A stretch of 58,222 nt of DNA from a virus (taxonomy: Duplodnaviria; Caudoviricetes), in IMG/VR virus record IMGVR_UViG_3300046009_003881, positions 1-58,222 of that record; one strand, 5' to 3'. This document shows, one piece after another, positions 52,643 to 58,222 of this stretch. A program made the translations under genes and the position numbers. Each line of letters opens with the position of its first letter. Position 1 is the first letter of the stretch. Below the pieces are notes generated by a model. That model was not told the origin of the DNA. It was given only the letters and a program-made list of their open reading frames with translations, and did no database searches.

Positions 52643-53335
52643 TTACTTTGTAGTGATTAGTGATTTGATTTCTTTCTTAACCGCAGCCTTGAGTTTGTAC
52701 TTGCGTTCCAATTGCTTGATGATTGTGTCGTAGTCAAGGGATGGATTCGAATCGATGTACATCTTTACCTTGGACCAGTTTGCATCGTCGATAGTTAACT
52801 CAACTAGCTCAGACGTTTGTGATGCAGGGGCTACTTGCTTTTCCTTTGGAGTTTCCTTAGGTGTCTGCTCAGTACTCTCGGGCATATCCTCACCAGCATA
52901 GATGTACAATCCGAGACCGAACATCGCAAGGTTCTTAGTAAGGCATCTCATAATTGTCTTGTTGATGTCGGTCATTGTCGCTGCCTCAACCGTCTTGTCA
53001 ACATCAGCTCGCTTACCTGCTATCCACTTGGTAGACTTGTAAGTGTACGGCTCAGACTTGAGCGCCTTGTTAGCACCGTCCATCACGGGTAACCACATCT
53101 CGTGACTAACTCCGTCAATCTCTACCTTGGTGTATACCATATACCCCGTCAACGGATCGTGTACGTATGGCAATCCATTGAACTTTACCACCTCGTAGTA
53201 GCAGTCGTTGTGAATCTTCTTTACCTCAGCCCAAGCCCAAGCCCAGGATAGGTAGGTCAAATCGTTTTTCTTTTCTGTCTTGTCGTTGACATTGATTCCA
53301 CTTAGAATCTCAAACACTGTCTTGTCTTGTTCCAT
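52643..53335 (-). CDS. sak: Sak (Rad52-like, DUF1071-type) single-strand annealing protein (230 aa)
   Basis: LTYLSWAWAW, MWLPVMD, DINKTIMRCLTKNLAMFGLGLYIYAGED. Confidence 0.9.
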   Translation of the reverse strand: MEQDKTVFEILSGINVNDKTEKKNDLTYLSWAWAWAEVKKIHNDCYYEVVKFNGLPYVHDPLTGYMVYTKVEIDGVSHEMWLPVMDGANKALKSEPYTYKSTKWIAGKRADVDKTVEAATMTDINKTIMRCLTKNLAMFGLGLYIYAGEDMPESTEQTPKETPKEKQVAPASQTSELVELTIDDANWSKVKMYIDSNPSLDYDTIIKQLERKYKLKAAVKKEIKSLITTK

Positions 53336-53347
53336 TGTGTGATTGTA

Positions 53348-53647
53348 TTAAATTGAATTGATTTTGCTGATTAGTTTATTGAAGTCCTCATCCTTATCGA
53401 TTAGGTTCTGCACGTAAGCGAATATCCTAGTCCTTGATATTGAGTTTCTAGTAAGCTTGATGTTGTAGAACTCTTGAGTCCAATCAATAATCTCTGACTG
53501 TCTGATGTGCTTGTTGAGGCACACGTAGAGCAGGATGTTCTTTGCATCTCTGAAGGTGTGCTTTCCGTTCGTGAATAATACTTCGGGGGTTGTGTTGTAG
53601 ATTGAACATACCGCCTCTACATAGCGTGTGAATACGTCTCTTTTCAT
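53348..53647 (-). CDS. Divergent DnaA domain IV-like protein (99 aa)
   Basis: VEAVCSIYNTTPEVLF...RDAKNILLYVC...DEDF resembles the DnaA-IV layout. Confidence 0.55.
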   Translation of the reverse strand: MKRDVFTRYVEAVCSIYNTTPEVLFTNGKHTFRDAKNILLYVCLNKHIRQSEIIDWTQEFYNIKLTRNSISRTRIFAYVQNLIDKDEDFNKLISKINSI

Positions 53648-53667
53648 TTTGTTTAATTAGTGCAGTA

Positions 53668-53675
53668 CAAATGTA
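53668..53675 (-). promoter_or_regulatory. Promoter -7 box TACATTTG for replication/recombination genes
   Basis: TAnnTTTG 20 nt upstream of ATG 53647. Confidence 0.55.
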
Positions 53676-53712
53676 GTATAAATGAAGTACAGTTGCAGTG
53701 TTGTTGATAACT

Positions 53713-53970
53713 TTAGTCCTCGTTTTCTAGTTCTTCAATGGTCATTTTTATTGCTTCAAATATCTCCTCAGTTATGCGTGGTGACCTAATAGATTTATCC
53801 AGTATCATCATCGCTAGGCTATCGTCACAGATCTTTCCGTTTATCCTTAGCCCCTCCTCATCGGGGTTGCCCCCAACCACATCGTTGATGTGCCATAGGT
53901 TGTCGATGTAGTACCCGTTTCTTTTTAGTATCTCCTTTGCTTGCGCTACAGATACGTTACTTGCATTCAT
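53713..53970 (-). CDS. Hypothetical protein (85 aa)
   Basis: ORF track. Confidence 0.7.
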   Translation of the reverse strand: MNASNVSVAQAKEILKRNGYYIDNLWHINDVVGGNPDEEGLRINGKICDDSLAMMILDKSIRSPRITEEIFEAIKMTIEELENED

Positions 53971-54109
53971 ATGCTACTAGTTTATTGTGGTTAATGTTTA
54001 CTCCCTTCATTGACTTGATTACCTTGTCAATAGCTTCTTGCTTTGTGTTTGCGGACACCGTTCTTATGTGGATGTTTCCGTATAGCACTCTGAATCTAGA
54101 GTCTGTCAT
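53957..54109 (-). CDS. Small hypothetical protein (50 aa, MTDSRFRVLYGNIHIRTVSA...), not in ORF track
   Basis: Manual translation; overlaps both neighbours by 14 nt. Confidence 0.55.
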   Translation of the reverse strand: MTDSRFRVLYGNIHIRTVSANTKQEAIDKVIKSMKGVNINHNKLVAYECK

Positions 54110-54335
54110 AGCCGAAGAAGTTTAGTGTGTTGATTAGTTCCATATTATCTTCCTGCTCGTAGTGGTACAGCGTGTCTAGGTAGTTGAAGAACCTTTGCTG
54201 CTGTGATTCAGATAGCATCTCGAACTGTCTCATTGAAGAGACATCGTCACCAGATGCTTTCTTCTCAATGATGTCATCAAAGAACTCGTCAATGTTATCG
54301 AATCCATATTCAAGTAGAAGCTTTCTTGTTACCAT
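54096..54335 (-). CDS. Acidic hypothetical protein (79 aa)
   Basis: ORF track. Confidence 0.7.
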   Translation of the reverse strand: MVTRKLLLEYGFDNIDEFFDDIIEKKASGDDVSSMRQFEMLSESQQQRFFNYLDTLYHYEQEDNMELINTLNFFGYDRL

Positions 54336-54431
54336 CGTTATCAGAGTGTATTTATTAGTTCGGTTATTACTGATAGGACAAGCAGCACAGCGATTGCTAG
54401 TAGTGATAGTCCGATTAACTTTGATACAAAC

Positions 54432-54737
54432 TTAGCCATTGATTATCTCCTTTATTGATTCGTAAGAAACTTCCTCTACATTACTTGTGAATGGGCATAG
54501 CCAATCGATTGCATCGTCAATGACCTCTGCATCCACGACCTGCTTGTCATTCCAATCCTTCGTATAGGTATTGCCATCGGCTAGTACATCCCACATCTCA
54601 TCGTCAATTGCGTGGACTCTGTCTTGGTAGTAGGTAGTAAGCAGATGCTCTCCGTTATGGTGAACGGTAGCTACGCCTCCGTCCTCTAGGATTATATCGA
54701 CTTCGTTTTCTGAGTGCTTGTAGATTGCGTACTTCAT
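54432..54737 (-). CDS. Acidic hypothetical protein (101 aa)
   Basis: ORF track. Confidence 0.7.
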   Translation of the reverse strand: MKYAIYKHSENEVDIILEDGGVATVHHNGEHLLTTYYQDRVHAIDDEMWDVLADGNTYTKDWNDKQVVDAEVIDDAIDWLCPFTSNVEEVSYESIKEIING

Positions 54738-55069
54738 TTCTTTAGTATTGATTTGATTTGGTTATCGATTAGCAGTGGTGAGTTAGATGCTAGGAAGTCA
54801 TCTACATTCTTTGTCCATTCGATGAACAGTTGGTCGAACTCATTGTAGTCCGCATCTAATGGAGAGGTAAATGAAATATCAACTGACGTTTGGAATCCTT
54901 GGTATTCTATTAATTGAACTCGACAGTCAAACGGATACTTATTAAAACGAATGGATGTTTTAGACAAGTAATCTATACCCTCACACGGATTCCCGATAGG
55001 TTCTGTAATGCTTGTCGCATCAAGTACTCGCTGCGCAAGTGTGATGAAGTGTTGAAATGGTGTTGTCAT
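54734..55069 (-). CDS. Hypothetical protein (111 aa)
   Basis: ORF track. Confidence 0.7.
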   Translation of the reverse strand: MTTPFQHFITLAQRVLDATSITEPIGNPCEGIDYLSKTSIRFNKYPFDCRVQLIEYQGFQTSVDISFTSPLDADYNEFDQLFIEWTKNVDDFLASNSPLLIDNQIKSILKK

Positions 55070-55081
55070 TTTGTTGTTGAT

Positions 55082-55318
55082 TTAATTGAGTTGTTGCTTA
55101 ATAGATTTTATTATTTCATCGAGCTTGAGTTCTCTTTCATCCAGTTCAACTGCGATGTCTTTCTTTTCACTCAGCACCATTGATACTAACCTTTCATCGG
55201 GATCAATGACGTGACGGTACGTTTCAAAGAGATTGAATATCCTTGTCAGTAAGTCTAGTCTTTCTTCGAGTGCGTAGTTAGACTTTTCCTTTATCTGTTT
55301 TGATGTTAAGTTTTTCAT
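55082..55318 (-). CDS. Coiled-coil hypothetical protein (78 aa)
   Basis: ORF track. Confidence 0.7.
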   Translation of the reverse strand: MKNLTSKQIKEKSNYALEERLDLLTRIFNLFETYRHVIDPDERLVSMVLSEKKDIAVELDERELKLDEIIKSIKQQLN

Positions 55319-55326
55319 AGTTAATC

Positions 55327-55698
55327 TTAGTTGTCTTCGTCATCGTAAAAGAATCCTTGATGCTCACAGTTCTCACTGTCTTGTAGGTCTGCCCACTCGT
55401 ATGCTTCGCTCTCAGCAAACCTTGGTAGGACCAGCTTGCCCTCTAGATTTTTGTCAAAGCACATATCAATTCCCTTGCTCCTACTCTCTTGGCTATCATT
55501 GCCAACGTACTTGTCCTTGTTCAGTTCATAGACAAGTTCGTAGTAGTCCTTGCCACCGAACACTCCGTATCCCTCGTAGCTGTCCTCTACGTAACGATGC
55601 GTTGGCGTTAGCATATACACTCTGCCTGCTCCTCTGCTAGAGTCCTCATTGCTGATGGACTTGTCTGAGTCTGATGTTTTCCACGAAAAGAATCCCAT
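55327..55698 (-). CDS. Conserved phage protein (123 aa, MGFFSW...YEGYGVFGGKDYYEL)
   Basis: ORF track; recognisable conserved motif, function unknown. Confidence 0.8.
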   Translation of the reverse strand: MGFFSWKTSDSDKSISNEDSSRGAGRVYMLTPTHRYVEDSYEGYGVFGGKDYYELVYELNKDKYVGNDSQESRSKGIDMCFDKNLEGKLVLPRFAESEAYEWADLQDSENCEHQGFFYDDEDN

Positions 55699-55723
55699 TG
55701 TCTTGTTGTTTTTTTATTAGTGA

Positions 55724-56017
55724 TTATAATTCGAACGGAGCCTTCTCATTTACCTCCGTCATTAGTTCAGCTATCTCCTCATTGAACAGTTCGTCCAACG
55801 GTTTGAATAGGAAGTGATGTAGCCACCACGCTTGGGTAAAGGTTACGCATCCACAAGAACACGCCATCCTAGATTCCAATCGTATCCCCACATCTATATC
55901 TAGAACCTTACAGTTCACGCACAGCCTTAGGTTTTTCACCACGAACAGCTGACCTTCCTTGACCACACCCTGCGAGTGCGTCTTTACACATACAATCTTT
56001 TGTCCTATCTCATACAT
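55724..56017 (-). CDS. Cys-rich hypothetical protein (97 aa; CxxC, CxC)
   Basis: ORF track. Confidence 0.7.
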   Translation of the reverse strand: MYEIGQKIVCVKTHSQGVVKEGQLFVVKNLRLCVNCKVLDIDVGIRLESRMACSCGCVTFTQAWWLHHFLFKPLDELFNEEIAELMTEVNEKAPFEL

Positions 56018-56033
56018 TCTACATTTGATTTGT

Positions 56034-56049
56034 GTCTCCTTGAAGAGAC
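56034..56049. repeat. Intergenic dyad GTCTC-CTTGAA-GAGAC (copy 9)
   Basis: Stop 56052-56054 two nt away; ATG 16 nt away. Confidence 0.9.
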
Positions 56050-56051
56050 GG

Positions 56052-56327
56052 TTACCATTGATTCATATTCTTTCGCTCAGGATTCTGAGCAAACGCTGCT
56101 TTGCATTCCTTCTCTAGCTCCTTATCCTTGAACGGATTCCAAGGATAGAATCCTTTATACGCTCCAAATCTTCCACGATACGTATTGATTGCGACAAGCT
56201 TCTCTAGTTCCTCTATCTCAGACTCGTCCTTGATAATACTGTAGATGTCAACCGTAGGTAGCTGTCCATATCTATCGCAATAGCCCGTGCGATAGTGCTT
56301 GATTACTCTGTCTCTTACTGATTCCAT
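56052..56327 (-). CDS. Hypothetical protein (91 aa), single-gene cassette
   Basis: ORF bounded by two dyads. Confidence 0.75.
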   Translation of the reverse strand: MESVRDRVIKHYRTGYCDRYGQLPTVDIYSIIKDESEIEELEKLVAINTYRGRFGAYKGFYPWNPFKDKELEKECKAAFAQNPERKNMNQW

Positions 56328-56343
56328 TTTGTATTTAATTTAT

Positions 56344-56359
56344 GTCTCCTCAAGGAGAC
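56344..56359. repeat. Intergenic dyad GTCTC-CTCAAG-GAGAC (copy 10)
   Basis: Stop 56362-56364 two nt away; ATG 16 nt away. Confidence 0.9.
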
Positions 56360-56361
56360 GG

Positions 56362-56823
56362 TTAGTCATTTTCTATTTCGTACTCTATTCCATTTACCAC
56401 AATCGTGAACTCACTCTCCTCACTTGGAATCCATTCCGTATAGCAGAAGATGTCCTCGTTGTATGCGTAGTCAATTAACTCATCGTCACTCTTAGCAAGT
56501 AGCACGTCCTTGCCTACCTCATCGAAGTCATATGCTCCGCTGATTATGTCAATCCTTAGTTCGATAATAGTATCGTCCTTCGTCTCGGAGTAGTACGTTC
56601 CATCGCCCCATACGTACCCTTCATTCATCAGTCTGTCGCTGATATCACATCTTCTTGCGAACATCTCTACCCTTGGTAGGTCAGATAGCATTTGACCAGA
56701 GTATAGGATGTGATTGATTGCATCTTGTTCGCTCACGATTGATGCGCTGTCACCTTGTACCATCACGTACTTCGTGCCGTCTTCATTGCGTACATCGTAC
56801 GCTGCTACTAGAATTGATTTCAT
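56362..56823 (-). CDS. Highly acidic hypothetical protein (153 aa)
   Basis: ORF track; D/E-rich. Confidence 0.75.
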   Translation of the reverse strand: MKSILVAAYDVRNEDGTKYVMVQGDSASIVSEQDAINHILYSGQMLSDLPRVEMFARRCDISDRLMNEGYVWGDGTYYSETKDDTIIELRIDIISGAYDFDEVGKDVLLAKSDDELIDYAYNEDIFCYTEWIPSEESEFTIVVNGIEYEIEND

Positions 56824-57068
56824 TTGTCTTTGTTTAGAATTTGTATGTCATCGTATCCAACTAAGTTCACCAGTTCATCTAGTAAACTCAAGTACTCATT
56901 CCTTGTTGCTTCTCTGCACTCAGCGATGTACTCTAGGCTGCACTCTGAATGTTGACCTATGTGCTGATAGGATAGTACTCTTCCGTTCCCTTCGTGTATG
57001 TTGAGGAACGCAGCGAACACACTGCTTTCTTCCTCGGGATGGACTAAGAATAATGTTTCTGTTCCCAT
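56820..57068 (-). CDS. Conserved phage protein (82 aa, SYQHIGQHSECS...EY..LL.EL...GY)
   Basis: ORF track; recognisable motif. Confidence 0.75.
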   Translation of the reverse strand: MGTETLFLVHPEEESSVFAAFLNIHEGNGRVLSYQHIGQHSECSLEYIAECREATRNEYLSLLDELVNLVGYDDIQILNKDK

Positions 57069-57084
57069 TGCTATTGTGTATTAT

Positions 57085-57100
57085 GTCTCCTTGAAGAGAC
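57085..57100. repeat. Intergenic dyad GTCTC-CTTGAA-GAGAC (copy 11)
   Basis: Stop 57103-57105 two nt away; ATG 16 nt away. Confidence 0.9.
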
Positions 57101-57102
57101 GG

Positions 57103-57315
57103 TTATTGTTGAAGTATTTGATTGGTCATTATCTGAATAGCTTCCTCCTTGCCGAGGATGACTCCTAACTCTCGCATAGAATCTTCGTCTTTGTACACTC
57201 CGTTCCTATCATTCCAAGTTAACCAGTCGATTAGGCTTTCACGAGACCAAGTGTTCAGTTCCGCTTGAAGTTCACCAGTTGTTTTGCCTTCAGCAAACAG
57301 TATTATTCCGCGCAT
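57103..57315 (-). CDS. Hypothetical protein (70 aa, LIDWLTWNDRNGVYKD)
   Basis: ORF 57103..57384; ATG at 57315 follows the upstream stop. Confidence 0.7.
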   Translation of the reverse strand: MRGIILFAEGKTTGELQAELNTWSRESLIDWLTWNDRNGVYKDEDSMRELGVILGKEEAIQIMTNQILQQ

Positions 57316-57319
57316 ACCC

Positions 57320-58015
57320 TTAGTGTTTATAGATTGATATTGATTTTGCTTTCGATGACGTACCCTTGCACAGTCCACATACATTGCAAGTTACTTTTTT
57401 TCCTGCTTCCTTACTCGCAGGACACATCACTTCTATTGAAGATGTTTGGTCTGTCTTTGCCATCACTCTGAACGTACGCCATCCCTTTGACTGTGACTTC
57501 AGACTCAAGGCTTCAGTCTCTACCGATGCCATAAAGAATCTCGATGCCCATTGATACTCCTCGTGCATCCATTGGTGTGTGTATCCAGAAAAGTTAGATG
57601 CCGCATTTACAATTGCTCGAACTGATTCCTCTCCAAGGAGTACGGGTTCACCGTATGCTCCAAACCTTACGAACTTTCCTCGGCATTGCTCCACCTCGTT
57701 GTCAGCTATGTCCGAGACATCTAGGAACATCACGTTCCCTTTGACGAACTGATTGTGCAGTGAGTTAACCTTGGACTTGAGTCCCATCTCTGCCATTCCC
57801 TTTCGAACGTAGCAGGTTTTGTTCGCTCGCTTACTGTGAGGACAGTCCATACAAGCAGCAGAGTCATCGTCCATTGCTTGCTTGCCTTGTGTTATCCAGT
57901 TGAATGGAAGTATCCAAACTTGCACACTGTCACCGACCTTAGAGTTAGTGCTTGTGTATTGGAATTGAATAGCTACGTTTTGATTTAGCTTGTTCTTTGC
58001 AATGTAAAGATTCAT
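57320..58015 (-). CDS. Cys-rich putative Fe-S / radical-SAM-like phage protein (231 aa, gp88-like)
   Basis: NSKVG, CMDC...CYV, RFGAYGEP, GYTHQW, CPA...CNVCGLC. Confidence 0.65.
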   Translation of the reverse strand: MNLYIAKNKLNQNVAIQFQYTSTNSKVGDSVQVWILPFNWITQGKQAMDDDSAACMDCPHSKRANKTCYVRKGMAEMGLKSKVNSLHNQFVKGNVMFLDVSDIADNEVEQCRGKFVRFGAYGEPVLLGEESVRAIVNAASNFSGYTHQWMHEEYQWASRFFMASVETEALSLKSQSKGWRTFRVMAKTDQTSSIEVMCPASKEAGKKVTCNVCGLCKGTSSKAKSISIYKH

Positions 58016-58194
58016 CTTGATTCAGTTTTATAAAGCGATTGTAAGTTCAATTCAATTACCTTAGTCACGGTTTTCATTCCGTATCCTTCTGCTTTTTCTT
58101 TAGAGTTTCCATAATCAATTAACTCTCGTGCTTGTTCATCTAATTCTGCACACAAGTCTTTTAATATTTTGTATTCTAATTTTTCTTTAGCCAT
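58012..58194 (-). CDS. Hypothetical protein (60 aa); its 5' part is repeated at 4-101
   Basis: ORF track. Confidence 0.7.
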   Translation of the reverse strand: MAKEKLEYKILKDLCAELDEQARELIDYGNSKEKAEGYGMKTVTKVIELNLQSLYKTESR

Positions 58195-58222
58195 CTTGAT
58201 TTGATTTGTGTCTCCTTAAGGA
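58097..58222. repeat. Terminal direct repeat, right copy; ends inside dyad copy 1
   Basis: Identical to 4-129. Confidence 0.95.

Noticed and set aside
56034-57105. Classical integron attC sites
   Set aside because: TAAC at the stop codon is reminiscent, but the elements are far shorter than attC, lack the R/L box structure, and no tyrosine recombinase is encoded.
43653-57554. + strand ORFs inside the replication/early arm (e.g. 49401..49877, 50877..51224)
   Set aside because: Antisense shadows of well-supported - strand genes.
1-58222. Alternative genetic code or prophage state
   Set aside because: Long genes are intact in the standard code and use all three stops; no integrase, att-flanked host genes or host DNA are seen.

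Overview
The window looks like one complete, circularly closed ~58.1 kb tailed phage genome: bases 4-129 are identical to 58097-58222. The host is probably a Bacteroidota (Flavobacteriia-like) bacterium, because TAnnTTTG promoter boxes precede most operons and start codons have A-rich leaders without Shine-Dalgarno (SD) sequences. The + strand arm (3506-43644) carries groEL-groES, a cluster of tiny basic proteins, lysis genes, a tail fibre, a GroES-like protein, TerS/TerL, portal, scaffold, major capsid, podovirus tail proteins, a GNAT and three ejection-type proteins, including one of 3430 aa. The - strand arm (2494 to 1, then 58222 to 43659) carries many small early genes, Sak/exonuclease/SSB recombination genes, a primase-helicase, a C5-methyltransferase-like protein, an SF2 helicase, VRR-NUC and two DnaA-domain-IV-like proteins. 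I recognised no DNA polymerase, RNA polymerase or integrase. The most striking unexplained structure is a 16-bp dyad, GTCTC-Y-TYRA-R-GAGAC, repeated at gene junctions, which divides the early region into 1-4-gene cassettes. Other highlights: a perfect parS site, a hidden 43-aa MPFKS-type gene nested in the giant virion gene, a T4-gene-32-like pseudoknot before the SSB gene, two related origin-like elements, and a tRNA-like fold plus a boxA-like motif in the early leader. All calls come from reading the sequence; no searches were run.
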